Shown: piece by piece, positions 1 through 9,719 of the stretch
Layout: each line of letters begins with the position of its first letter
Numbering within the stretch: position 1 is the first letter of the stretch
DNA from: Verrucomicrobiota bacterium
Lineage (GTDB): Bacteria > Verrucomicrobiota > Verrucomicrobiia > Opitutales > Coraliomargaritaceae
Direction of reading: 5' to 3'
DNA length: 64,000 nucleotides
Assembly: GCA_039815375.1 (NCBI GenBank)
Contig: JBCBZJ010000016.1
Span: 13,913-77,912, forward strand
Notes under the pieces: generated by a model
Database searches by the model: none
Told to the model about the DNA's origin: nothing
Seen by the model: the letters and a program-made list of their open reading frames with translations, nothing else
Program-made: the position numbers and the translations under genes

Positions 1-1322
1 CGCATTTCCGAATCGGTGCTACTGATAGCACCGAGTGTGCCGGGATTAACAAAGAAAGCGTAGGGCACATGCTGAAGGAGAGATGAGCCACCAAACTGCT
101 CGCCAAAATAAGCAAAACTGCCTGTAACGGATCGCGTCCAATAACTGGCTGAGAGCGACAGGTCAGAGGCCGAGTCTGTTAGATCGCCAAGTGCATAATA
201 GGACACGCTTGAGAACGGGCGCCCTGCGTTAAAGACCTTGATTTCGGAAATCCAGGGATCACGCAAAACATCAAGGTAGTCGATATACTCACCTATCGTT
301 CCACTAAGCGATCTTACCGGCTTGCTGACACCCCGCTGGGTTCCCAGAGCGGAGACCCAGATCGAATCGAACGTAATGCTGTTGTAGCCGTAGCTAAATG
401 TGCTCAGGAACTTGAGGTTATTTTCGTCTGGCGCAAAGACTTGCCGAATAGACAGGCGATTTAGCTTCGCTGGAAGCACACTGCCTGAATCGCTCAAGGT
501 GAGTTTGCCGTCTTCGACCTGCACCACTTTTGTCACCTGAGCGTGCCAGCCCGCGTAGCCCGTTTCAGTTTTCGTTTTGAAGGTTCCGGTCGACGCTCTT
601 TCAATCAGCAGCTCATATTCTTCGGCTCCGTAACTGCTATCACCCAACCATAAGTCGACGAGGTAAACTCCGTCTGGAACCTGCAACTCCCAGTCAGCCT
701 CATACCCATCTGACGATCGAAAGCGTCGATAGCTATCCCAAGCGACATCTAAAGATGCCGGCAAGCCTGAGTATGAACCAGCGACATCCGAGTAACCGTT
801 CAACGATTGAGTCCATCCGTAAAAGAAATCACCTGCGACAGGCGATGTGACACTGCGATTGCCTAGAACGAGCCCCGTATCCAAAGCAACTCCTGTGCCG
901 GGGGCATATCCTTCGGACCCAAAATCTATGGTCAAATCCAAAGGGAGTACATTGACCCGCAAAGAATCATCAAAACTACTGCTATCCCTAGTAGTTTGTT
1001 CTCCCTCAGAATCAACCACCAGCACTGAAAAATCATGCTGGCCGGCATTGATGTTCGGCACGGGAGCTTTCCATATACCATTGTCATACTCCATTTCGAC
1101 AAGAAGCACGCTATTGTCGAAGAGTGAAACTGACTCGATCGTCACTCCTGCAGCGACCGCACCTGTGGGCAAAGTTACAGTCACCTGAGCCTCGTAGTCC
1201 ATGCCAGCCATCAGATTGATGGGTCCAGCCCCCACAAAGGCGATCTCCTCATCAGCTGCCTGAAGCGAAGCACCACCGGATACAATAAGAGTAAAATACG
1301 AAATTACTTTTCGGAACTTCAT
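1..1322 (-). CDS. Large secreted protein (partial, runs off window start) with Ig-like and carbohydrate-binding-like beta-sandwich segments
   Basis: Absent from the ORF track because no stop lies in the window. Manual translation from ATG at 1322 gives MKFRKVISYFTLIVSGGASLQA (signal-like) ... IDFGSEGYAPG..DTGLVLGNRS..FYGW..WELQVPDGVYLVDLWLGD..VQVEDGKLTL, open for about 440 codons to base 1. Confidence 0.8.
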   Translation of the reverse strand, partial: MKFRKVISYFTLIVSGGASLQAADEEIAFVGAGPINLMAGMDYEAQVTVTLPTGAVAAGVTIESVSLFDNSVLLVEMEYDNGIWKAPVPNINAGQHDFSVLVVDSEGEQTTRDSSSFDDSLRVNVLPLDLTIDFGSEGYAPGTGVALDTGLVLGNRSVTSPVAGDFFYGWTQSLNGYSDVAGSYSGLPASLDVAWDSYRRFRSSDGYEADWELQVPDGVYLVDLWLGDSSYGAEEYELLIERASTGTFKTKTETGYAGWHAQVTKVVQVEDGKLTLSDSGSVLPAKLNRLSIRQVFAPDENNLKFLSTFSYGYNSITFDSIWVSALGTQRGVSKPVRSLSGTIGEYIDYLDVLRDPWISEIKVFNAGRPFSSVSYYALGDLTDSASDLSLSASYWTRSVTGSFAYFGEQFGGSSLLQHVPYAFFVNPGTLGAISSTDSEM

Positions 1323-1346
1323 TAGGATCAAAAATAATGAAAAGGA

Positions 1347-2834
1347 TTACAAACTTGGGTTGTGCGCCGGCACCTGAATCGTAACGGTCGGTAAGCTCAC
1401 TGGTTGGTAACCGGCGTCCCGCGTTGCTAAATTAGAGTTGGGTTGCTCCAACTCCCATTTATCCAGTAGACCGTCCAAATCAGAATCCTCTGACATCCGA
1501 GTCTTGGAAGCCAAATACTCCCGCACAGTCTCCAACTGCGAATCGGTTAAGGCAAAATCAAAGACGAGACACTCGGCAATCTGCCCCGCAACTGTCCCAC
1601 CCTGTCCAAGGTCCAAGCTATCCCAGCTCGACAACTGAGACATTCCGGTCTGCTCGGTTACGAAACCATTTACCGAAAGACGCCCCACACCACTGTTATA
1701 GACAAAACTGATAAGATGCCAGTGGTTCGCCTTGACTGTATCCGCCACCGAAACGAGTTGAGAAGCAGTATCCGTTTTCACAGTAACAGAACCGTCCACC
1801 GCAATACTCAATAGAAAGGCATCATTACCACTGCGGTCTCCCAGAGCCCAGCTATGTGACGCCAAGTCATCGACCCTTACGAACAGATAAACTGTATAAT
1901 CTGTCAACGAACCAGACAGCAAAGAAACCTCCAGTGTATCATCCACACCATCAAAATTGACTGCCGGATGATCAAAATACCCCTGCTCAACATATTGAGG
2001 CTGATGAGCGACAACTTGCTGAATCGCATGATTGTCCAACCCGGAATAATCCTCCCACTGGGCCACAGTACTTCCGTTCGCGTATTGATCGGCACGCAGC
2101 CAAAGCACTGGAGCAAGGGATTGTGCTTCGGATGGATTCTCGTATTCTGCCAATTCTTCTGCATTATCCTGACCGTCGCCGTCAGCGTCATCCGAAGCCG
2201 TTTGGGTTAAACTCTGAAACCAATACCACTCCCAGTAATCAGGCAATGAATCTGAGTCACTATCAGTTCCAACATATGCGGAAATATCCCATGCAAATAG
2301 ATTTTTTGCCTGCCCGATAAGTGCAATGCTTAGATTTTCAGGTGTTTGGTCGTCTCTCCACGGATACAAAGGTGAATTGTCCCCCTCCCCCTCATCCAAT
2401 TGCAGGTGAGCCGGCTGGTAGCCAATTTCCGCAAACCTGTCATAGAATTTACTCGCGACGAACTTCAACTGACCAATCGCGGCGGGTGAAGAATAAGATG
2501 AATCCCGGTTCGGATCTTTAAATTCATTGATCGTGAAACCTGCACCTCCAATCGGCCCGAGCTGTTCGTCGAGCTCCTGAATGCCGATATCCGCCATGTG
2601 CAGCAGCTGTCCCTGCAGAATGGGCGACCAATTTCCGGAATCACCCAGTCTGGAAACATCAATCATGCTCTTGGCCGGGTCTGCATCATACCACCATTCG
2701 GGATAACCGGCAGGCCAATTAATCTCGGGAGGGACTTGCCCCATCACGGATGCTGTTGATGCGAGAAGGCCTGCCAAAGCAGCTGGAATTAAAGCTTTCT
2801 GATGAAATGACATCTTCTTGTGATTCAAATTCAT
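1347..2834 (-). CDS. Secreted protein with N-terminal GQ(L/A)-repeat domain, TSP3-like Ca-binding motifs and LamG/ConA-like domain
   Basis: Signal-like N-terminus; DSDSDSLPDYWE, DADGDGQDNAEE and DSDLDGLLDKWE motifs; LamG-like LWLRAD..VAQWEDYSG..PAVNFDGVDD..WHLISF..GQIAECLVFDFAL. Confidence 0.75.
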   Translation of the reverse strand: MNLNHKKMSFHQKALIPAALAGLLASTASVMGQVPPEINWPAGYPEWWYDADPAKSMIDVSRLGDSGNWSPILQGQLLHMADIGIQELDEQLGPIGGAGFTINEFKDPNRDSSYSSPAAIGQLKFVASKFYDRFAEIGYQPAHLQLDEGEGDNSPLYPWRDDQTPENLSIALIGQAKNLFAWDISAYVGTDSDSDSLPDYWEWYWFQSLTQTASDDADGDGQDNAEELAEYENPSEAQSLAPVLWLRADQYANGSTVAQWEDYSGLDNHAIQQVVAHQPQYVEQGYFDHPAVNFDGVDDTLEVSLLSGSLTDYTVYLFVRVDDLASHSWALGDRSGNDAFLLSIAVDGSVTVKTDTASQLVSVADTVKANHWHLISFVYNSGVGRLSVNGFVTEQTGMSQLSSWDSLDLGQGGTVAGQIAECLVFDFALTDSQLETVREYLASKTRMSEDSDLDGLLDKWELEQPNSNLATRDAGYQPVSLPTVTIQVPAHNPSL

Positions 2835-3349
2835 TACATGGAGTAAATATTACCAGTGAGCTGCGGTAGCGTTTGATCAGTTTGATGCACGTCGGATTCC
2901 GGCAAATCGGATTTGTCCGAAGGAACTGCGGGGGCATCGAATGAAGCAATGTGAGGAATGTCAGCGTAAAACTGCGTGACAGAAGAAAGACGCTCTTCCC
3001 AAACGAGCGAAGTCTCCGGACCTTGTTCGACAAGATGAGCCGGAGTGCGTGAAATCTGGAGGCTGGAAGGCTGTTGTTCTGGCTGGGAGACAAACTTAAG
3101 ACCGAAAAACATGGCAAATGCAGCTGCGAGTCCAGCAGCCATCCGAATAGGGAATCGGGCCATTCGTTGAACCGGAGCTACATCTGACTGACTTAGCCGC
3201 TGTTTTGCTTCACTCAGAATAAAAGTATCCGTCGTCTCCGAAACTTTGATTTCCGGGCCGTTCGCATACTCTCTGAGTGAACGCAAAAAGGTATCCGGAA
3301 GTTGGGCTTCCGGGTGGTCCGAGTTAGAACTGTCTTCTGATTTTTGCAT
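2834..3349 (-). CDS. Putative single-pass anti-sigma factor
   Basis: Directly downstream of an ECF sigma gene; one TM helix (MAAGLAAAFAMFFGL); its stop overlaps the next start (TAATG). Confidence 0.55.
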   Translation of the reverse strand: MQKSEDSSNSDHPEAQLPDTFLRSLREYANGPEIKVSETTDTFILSEAKQRLSQSDVAPVQRMARFPIRMAAGLAAAFAMFFGLKFVSQPEQQPSSLQISRTPAHLVEQGPETSLVWEERLSSVTQFYADIPHIASFDAPAVPSDKSDLPESDVHQTDQTLPQLTGNIYSM

Positions 3350-3472
3350 AACCTTCTATATACTTAAGCAATTTAAGCCCCCAAAAGGTTCATTTTATTT
3401 TCAGAAAAATGTATATTTTTCTAATAAAAATCTTAAGTGACTGAAAAGCAGAACCTTGCGAAAAAAGATGGC

Positions 3473-4057
3473 TCAAGTTTCTGCAAATAAAGCCTGCAAG
3501 CGCTCATCTTGGCGTAAAAGCCCGACTGCAAAGTGTAAACGAGACTTCACCGTCCCTAAAGGCAGATCCATGGCTTGGGCCACTTCGCGAAGGCTCAGTT
3601 GATCGACAAAACGAAGAATCAACACTTCCCGCTGTTCCACCGAAAGCTTGGAGAGCGCATACTCAAACTCCTCCAGAGGAAACACTGCCGGTTGAGGCGC
3701 ATACTCTGCACTTAGCACCAGCAAGCTCTCCTTGGAATCCGCCTCTCGCTCACGCTTGTGCTTCAAATTGAGCGAAAAGCTACGAACGACCGGATACAAA
3801 AACGTCTTTAGCTGACAACGGAGCTCAAATCCCGGAAATTTACCGAGCAGATAGAGAAAAGTCTCCTGCAGCGCATCTTCGGAAGCCTCTGCATCACGGG
3901 TAAAACGATAAGCCAGCCGAACGACCCAATCCCGGGATCGTCGATACAGGGCCTCAAATGCTGCATGATTTCCTTCATTTACCGCATCAATTAATGCCTG
4001 ATCGGTCCAATCTGCGAAGCCAGAAGCGCCTTGCGGAAATAGGTGTGGATCATGCAT
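3473..4057 (-). CDS. ECF-family RNA polymerase sigma-70 factor
   Basis: Region 2 AFEALYRR..SEDALQETF and region 4 LSLREVAQAMDLPLGTVKSRLH; start adjusted to MHDPH (4057). Confidence 0.92.
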   Translation of the reverse strand: MHDPHLFPQGASGFADWTDQALIDAVNEGNHAAFEALYRRSRDWVVRLAYRFTRDAEASEDALQETFLYLLGKFPGFELRCQLKTFLYPVVRSFSLNLKHKREREADSKESLLVLSAEYAPQPAVFPLEEFEYALSKLSVEQREVLILRFVDQLSLREVAQAMDLPLGTVKSRLHFAVGLLRQDERLQALFAET

Positions 4058-4376
4058 ATAAATTAGGTAGCTAAGCAGCAATTTCACCCAACAAATGGGA
4101 TTCAAGCCTCAACTACAAGTATCAAGGCGTTACGTATTTGCATCGCGCGCTTCATCCTTGGGCTGGCTTACTTTTTTTACACTGCACCTGAAGTTGCAGA
4201 TCAACACCGAACGACTTTAATTCGGCCTTTCTTTAGCCTTTGGACGTTACAACCCCGAAGTAGATTGGATAACCAAGTAACCAGAGATTTACAGCAAGGA
4301 TTCCGAGCGCTAATCCGGTCGCTATCTTGTTAAGCAAAAAAGAGGTTCAAGGTGCTTTACGCAATTGTGCCCATCT

Positions 4377-4393
4377 TGGGGTGGCAGACGGGA
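4377..4393 (-). repeat. 17-bp exact copy of the tRNA-His 3' end
   Basis: TGGGGTGGCAGACGGGA at 4377-4393 is identical to 4506-4522. Confidence 0.9.
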
Positions 4394-4505
4394 CTGCTTC
4401 TCCTGCTACATGTTTTCCGAGCGGCACATCCGTGCCTGAACACATTACGTCAAACCCGCTTGCTCGCAGACTCTCATCCCGCCTCTTATTTTCACTCTAT
4501 GAAAA

Positions 4506-4583
4506 TGGGGTGGCAGACGGGATTTGAACCCGCGACCCCTGGTACCACAAACCAGTGCTCTAACCAACTGAGCTACAACCACC
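4506..4583 (-). tRNA. tRNA-His (GUG)
   Basis: Reverse complement is G-GTGGTTGTAGCTCAGTTGGTTAGAGCACTGGTTTGTGGTACCAGGGGTCGCGGGTTCAAATCCCGTCTGCCACCCCA: GTG anticodon, G-1/C73 pair, encoded CCA. Confidence 0.97.
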
Positions 4584-4676
4584 ATATAGAGAAATGCATT
4601 CTGCATTTCAAAGAAAGTGGGAATGCTCATCTTCCCGGGGCTCTTGTCAATATCGCGTTGGATTAAATTTTAGGGG

Positions 4677-5528
4677 TCAGCCGATACGGGTCACCTCAAC
4701 AGCGACATCCATCTCCGCATTTGAACTGCCACGGAATGTGCCTGAAAGCGGACGCACATCCGAATAGTCGCGGCCAACGGCGACTTTGATATAGATCTCA
4801 CTCGTGCGGCGATTATGCGTAGGGTCAAAGCCAGCCCAACCAATCCCAGGAAGGAAACAATCCACCCATGCATGAGAGACTGTGTTATCGTCAGACGCCC
4901 CTGCCCTGCTCTCTTCCATCCAAAAATAGCCGCTGACGTATCGGGCCGGGATACCTGCTGCCCGACAAAGGGCGATCATAACATGAGCAAAATCCTGACA
5001 AACGCCCTCCCTTTCTAAAAAAACCGCACTCAAGGGAGTTTCGACGACGGTCGTGCCGGGTGCATAGGTGAAACCCGTGTGGATGAAGTACATAATCCGC
5101 TCTGCAGCGGTCTGAACGTCATGATACTCCCCCAAAACTTGCTTTGCTTCATGAATCACCATCAGACTGAGCGGAACACGTTCACTGGCGTGGAGAAAGT
5201 CATAGAGCCATTCGTCCTTTTGTAAATCCGGCAACAAAGACGGACAGGATGTTACAGAGAAATCGCGCGCGTCGGCGAAGGTTTCGACCGTAGAACGCGC
5301 TGTAACCTCAAGCTTTTCGTGAGGATCAACCAATTCGAAACTATGCACCTGATTGGTGTAGAAATCGAGACGCCTCAGAATACTCGCACCGCTTGGAGTA
5401 ATATCCAGATTGAAGGTGTGGCAGAGTTGAAATTGGTCCGACACAGGGCAGAGATAGGCTTCGTTAAAGCTATCCTGAACCGGAGATTCATAGACATAGC
5501 TGGTCCTGTGTTGCACCTCGAACTTCAT
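4677..5528 (-). CDS. Transglutaminase-family protein
   Basis: N-terminal H.T.Y.Y domain; GVCQDFAH, ARYVSGY, SHAWV, FDPTHN and VAVGRDYSDV motifs. Confidence 0.93.
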   Translation of the reverse strand: MKFEVQHRTSYVYESPVQDSFNEAYLCPVSDQFQLCHTFNLDITPSGASILRRLDFYTNQVHSFELVDPHEKLEVTARSTVETFADARDFSVTSCPSLLPDLQKDEWLYDFLHASERVPLSLMVIHEAKQVLGEYHDVQTAAERIMYFIHTGFTYAPGTTVVETPLSAVFLEREGVCQDFAHVMIALCRAAGIPARYVSGYFWMEESRAGASDDNTVSHAWVDCFLPGIGWAGFDPTHNRRTSEIYIKVAVGRDYSDVRPLSGTFRGSSNAEMDVAVEVTRIG

Positions 5529-5550
5529 GGGGTTGAACTAGACTAATATG

Positions 5551-6555
5551 CTACTGCTGTTGCTGCTGAGCGGCAATTTCAGTTTCCATATCGATATGAG
5601 GATGAAACATATAGCTTTTGTAAACCTCAACCCCGATCTCGACGAAACGTTCCTGCATCGCCTCAAGATACTCATGAAGACCCAGACTGAAAGCATCCGT
5701 AATTGTGTTGTATTTCAATTCACTGAGGAGCCGACCGGATGCATGTTCCGCAGGGTTTGAATACTCTCCCATTGGACAGCCTGAGATACGGTGAAGGTTT
5801 TTATCCATTTCCCGAACACAAAATTGAATCGAACGCGGGAAGTAGTCGTTGAAGATTAAAAAGTCTGCGACCTTCAAAGGGTCGACGCTAGCTACATAAA
5901 TCCGATGGTAGGCCTCAAATGCGCTACAAGACCGCAAAATGGCCGACCATTGCACGGCATCGACGGCGCCGCCGATCTCTTCGAGGCTGGGCAAAAGAAT
6001 ATGGTATTTGATGTCGAGGATGCGGCTGGTTTTATCAGCACGCTCAAGGAACTTGCCGACCTGCATGAAATAGAAGCCCTCTTTATGCGGAAAAGTCGAG
6101 TCAGTCAGACCCATGAAAAAATGGCTGTAGTCCTGAATCTGTTTATAAAACTCGTAAGGGCCACTGTCCCATACCTGTTTGGCGCTGTTTGACTTCAGGA
6201 AGAGGTAAGCCTGATTGATGCACTGCCACATTTCAGTCGAAAGCTGATCGCGGATCATACTGGCATTCTCACGGGCCGCCAGCATGCAGGACAGGATAGA
6301 GCTGGGGTTCTTCTTATTGAAAGTAAGAAACTCAGTGACGCTACTGGAGTCAGCTTGATCATAGAGCTCGTAGAATAGATCTTCATCGCCAGTGGCACGG
6401 ATGACAGGCTCCCAGTGCTCTTTGAGCTTCAAATCATCCAACTCCTCGAAATCGAGCAAGAGCTGAAGATTCACGTCCAGCAGACGCGAAACATTCTCGG
6501 CCCGCTCAATGTAACGGCTCATCCAGTAAAGAGAATCTGCAACGCGTGAAAGCAT
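5551..6555 (-). CDS. Alpha-E domain protein (DUF403)
   Basis: MLSRVADSLYWMSRYIERAENVSR, ARENA..IR, GKFLERADKTSRIL and FPRSI motifs; start adjusted to 6555. Confidence 0.92.
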   Translation of the reverse strand: MLSRVADSLYWMSRYIERAENVSRLLDVNLQLLLDFEELDDLKLKEHWEPVIRATGDEDLFYELYDQADSSSVTEFLTFNKKNPSSILSCMLAARENASMIRDQLSTEMWQCINQAYLFLKSNSAKQVWDSGPYEFYKQIQDYSHFFMGLTDSTFPHKEGFYFMQVGKFLERADKTSRILDIKYHILLPSLEEIGGAVDAVQWSAILRSCSAFEAYHRIYVASVDPLKVADFLIFNDYFPRSIQFCVREMDKNLHRISGCPMGEYSNPAEHASGRLLSELKYNTITDAFSLGLHEYLEAMQERFVEIGVEVYKSYMFHPHIDMETEIAAQQQQQ

Positions 6556-6577
6556 ATCAGAAAGAGTCGGTTCGGGT

Positions 6578-8017
6578 TCAGCTGTCGGAATAAAGGACCC
6601 AGGTGTCTTTACTTCCTCCACCCTGAGACGAGTTGACCACAAGAGAGCCCTTACGCAGTGCGACACGAGTCAGGCCCCCCGGAACGATGGTGGTCTTTTC
6701 CCCGGACAGGATATAGGGGCGCAGGTCGACATGCCGCCCCTCGAAATCGTTCCCGCACCAAGTCGGGTGGCGGGACAGCATAATGGGCGGCTGGGCAATA
6801 AAGTTGCGGGGGTCCTCCTTGATCAGGCCTCGAAATTTTTCGACCTCTTCCCGACTCGCGGCTGGCCCAATGAGCATTCCGTATCCACCGGCTTCGTTAG
6901 TCGATTTCACGACGAGGTTTTCAAGGTTATCCAGAATATACTGATAGTGTTTTTCCTCTGATGCTATAAAGGTTTCGACCTGCCCCAGAATGGGCTCCTC
7001 GCTTAAATAGAAGCGAATCATGTCGGGCACAAAAGCGTAGATCAGTTTGTCGTCGGCAATACCGGTTCCAATGGCATTGGCGATATTCACATTGCCAGCC
7101 CTCAAGGCGTTAACGAGCCCAGGAACACCTAAAGCAGAATCAGAGCGAAAGACACTCGGATCCAGAAAATCGTCGTCAACCCTTCTGTAGATTACATCTA
7201 CCTGCTGGAGGCCCTGCGTCGTGCGCATATAGACTTTGAAATCACGAACGATCAGGTCATTGCCCTGGACAATTTCGATCCCCATCTGCCGCGCAAGGAA
7301 GCAATGCTCGAAGTAAGCACTGTTGTAATGCCCCGGAGTGAGCAGAACACAGACGGGGTTGTCCTTCTGGTAAGGAGCAATATATTTTAGCGTATTCAGC
7401 AGCTCTTCAGAATAGTTCTCAACTGGTCGAACACCCGCCCGAGGAAAGAAATACGGGAACGCACGCTTCATTGCTGCCCGGTTCTCAAGAAGGTAAGAGA
7501 CGCCGGAAGGACAGCGGGCGTTATCCTCGAGCACAAGGTAGTTGCCCTGGTCATCACGAATCAAGTCGCTGCCGCAAATATGAATATAGATATCTTTCGG
7601 GACTTCGACACCCATGAACTCACGACGGAAATGCTTTCCCGATAAGATATAGCCTGCGGGAATGATTCCTTCCTTGATGATGCGTTGCTCGCCGTAGATA
7701 TCCTTGAGGAAGAGATTAAGCGCCAAAATCCGCTGAGTTAGTCCACGCTCCAGATGTTCCCACTCTGTCTTCGGTATGATCCGGGGCATTAAATCGAAAG
7801 GAAAAATTTTCTCCGTTCCTTCTCCGTCTCCATATACTGTGAAAGTAATGCCTTGCCTGAGGAATGAAAGATCAACCGTTTGCCGCTTTTGCTCGTAGGC
7901 CTCTTTGGTTAGACCCTCCATTCGGTTGAAAATCCCCTGGTAATGCGGACGGACGTTGCCCTCCGCATCAAACATCTCGTCAAAAAACGAATTTGTGGCG
8001 TAACCTTCAAAAAACAT
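6578..8017 (-). CDS. Circularly permuted type 2 ATP-grasp protein
   Basis: [43 protein letters not shown] and [15 protein letters not shown] motifs. Confidence 0.95.
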   Translation of the reverse strand: MFFEGYATNSFFDEMFDAEGNVRPHYQGIFNRMEGLTKEAYEQKRQTVDLSFLRQGITFTVYGDGEGTEKIFPFDLMPRIIPKTEWEHLERGLTQRILALNLFLKDIYGEQRIIKEGIIPAGYILSGKHFRREFMGVEVPKDIYIHICGSDLIRDDQGNYLVLEDNARCPSGVSYLLENRAAMKRAFPYFFPRAGVRPVENYSEELLNTLKYIAPYQKDNPVCVLLTPGHYNSAYFEHCFLARQMGIEIVQGNDLIVRDFKVYMRTTQGLQQVDVIYRRVDDDFLDPSVFRSDSALGVPGLVNALRAGNVNIANAIGTGIADDKLIYAFVPDMIRFYLSEEPILGQVETFIASEEKHYQYILDNLENLVVKSTNEAGGYGMLIGPAASREEVEKFRGLIKEDPRNFIAQPPIMLSRHPTWCGNDFEGRHVDLRPYILSGEKTTIVPGGLTRVALRKGSLVVNSSQGGGSKDTWVLYSDS

Positions 8018-8073
8018 AGCAGTCGCTCCGAATTAGCAGATTATTTGCCGCATCAAAGGCTTTCTCAAAATAA

Positions 8074-8661
8074 CTATAGCTCAGAAGACACTGCGATAGC
8101 CAACTGCCGAATACCTTCGTTCCAGGCAGCAACCAAACTCGATGCATCTCCTTTGCTCCAGCCCAAATCAGTAGCCCTAAATAGACCGGACACTGATTCA
8201 CTATCAGAACTCGAAATTTCCCACCGCGCTTCCAACACGACTCGACCATCGATGTATGCGCTAAGCTGATAAACATGTAGCTTTATCTTCGGTATATCAC
8301 GCGATGGATAAACCCATGGATAATAACCATAAACATCAATGTCGGATGCTTCTGCAGCAATGAACTCAGCCAACGCGCGTGAAAGGCCTTCTTCAATAGG
8401 CTCCGCCCAGCGCGCCGAACCCAGAGCCTTCAATTCACCATCAGCTTCCCGATATGCCAATTGACTTCCGGAGAGATAAACCGGCAGATTCGGGCGTGAG
8501 ATATAGATTCTTTTTTTATCTCCAGAGTCCTCACTGCCCTCAAATGATGATACTGGCCCAAGCGTATACAGCTTAGTCATATCAGGCGAAGGCTCGAGGT
8601 TGACGCAGGAAGTCGAGAGAGAAGCACCGAGTGCGATAAGGAAAAAGGCAGCGTATTTCAT
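8074..8661 (-). CDS. PqiC-like ABC transport auxiliary lipoprotein
   Basis: Lipobox-like Cys (LSTSC); LPVYL..RWAEP motif; last gene of the MCE operon. Confidence 0.8.
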   Translation of the reverse strand: MKYAAFFLIALGASLSTSCVNLEPSPDMTKLYTLGPVSSFEGSEDSGDKKRIYISRPNLPVYLSGSQLAYREADGELKALGSARWAEPIEEGLSRALAEFIAAEASDIDVYGYYPWVYPSRDIPKIKLHVYQLSAYIDGRVVLEARWEISSSDSESVSGLFRATDLGWSKGDASSLVAAWNEGIRQLAIAVSSEL

Positions 8662-8670
8662 AGGATAAAT

Positions 8671-9678
8671 CTATTCTTCGGCTTCAGCTCGGCCTGTAAG
8701 CAAGGCCTTAGGATTACGTTCAAGGTAGTCCACCAGTTTACGGATGGATTGTGCTGTTCGACTGACCTCACGAAGTGTGTTTTCAGCCTCAAAGCGGACA
8801 CTGCTATCCGGTTCAATCAGCAAACTCATCTTCGCCATCAGTTCATTTAAGTTCACCAAAGTCGCACCAAATTCCTGGGTCCTGACTTTAATGGAATCTG
8901 CGAGTGGGCCCTCCTTCATATTCAGAGAACTGGCAGTCGCACTAACTTCATCCAATGCGATCTTCAGGGATGACACAGTGCCTGCAAAGGACTCTGAGGA
9001 AAGGAAATCACCGATCTGGGTTGCAGCAGAAACGACAGAGTCACTCAGCTCTTCCGACTTAATCCCCGCCAGAACTACGGTGAGATTCTCCATCAAAAGG
9101 TTCAGATTGTCGTTCAGACGCTCGAGATCGATGCTCCCGAAATCAGAGATAAGCTTGGCAATGTCCTCAGTGATTTCCTCTAAGGATGAGCTGAGCGTAG
9201 GAATCTCCATCATCTCGCTCTCGCCGATCAAATGCCGTTGCAGGCCAGAGCTCCGTTCACGGTTAAAGCTGAACTCAATGAATAACTGCCCTGTGATAAA
9301 ACTCTCAATCGTGAGTTCAGCTACCAGGCCACGGCGGATGGAGTCCCGTATAGATTCCGGGTCGAAAGTCTCATCGACGACACCGAGATCATTTTCCAAT
9401 CGAGTGCGGTCGATATTAATGATCACCGGAATCGCAGTTGAGTCGGGATGTTGACCCTCTGCTCGGATGAGAACTCGCTGCACAGTTCCGACAGGGACCC
9501 CCCGAAACTTCACCAGGCTGCCTTCATTCAGTCCGTTAACCGACTGATCAAAGAAAAGAATGAACCGCGTGTTTTTACTCAACAAACTCGACGATCCAAA
9601 AAACGCTATCATTCCAAGGAGCAAGGCAAGTGAAGCCACGACAAAAGCACCTACAAATTTTGGATTCGGTCTGTTCAT
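8671..9678 (-). CDS. MCE/MlaD-family protein with helical extension
   Basis: N-terminal TM; FDQSVNGLNEGSLVKFRGVPVG; C-terminal YLERNPKALL. Confidence 0.9.
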   Translation of the reverse strand: MNRPNPKFVGAFVVASLALLLGMIAFFGSSSLLSKNTRFILFFDQSVNGLNEGSLVKFRGVPVGTVQRVLIRAEGQHPDSTAIPVIINIDRTRLENDLGVVDETFDPESIRDSIRRGLVAELTIESFITGQLFIEFSFNRERSSGLQRHLIGESEMMEIPTLSSSLEEITEDIAKLISDFGSIDLERLNDNLNLLMENLTVVLAGIKSEELSDSVVSAATQIGDFLSSESFAGTVSSLKIALDEVSATASSLNMKEGPLADSIKVRTQEFGATLVNLNELMAKMSLLIEPDSSVRFEAENTLREVSRTAQSIRKLVDYLERNPKALLTGRAEAEE

Positions 9679-9719
9679 TTTCTCATGTGTTCTTTTTGTG
9701 AAAGATAGTTAGGAAATAT

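Noticed and set aside
4327..4666. Short ORFs overlapping the tRNA region
   Set aside because: They are shadows of tRNA-His and its flanking repeat.
8744..9454. 236-aa Ser-rich plus-strand ORF
   Set aside because: Antisense shadow of the MCE gene.
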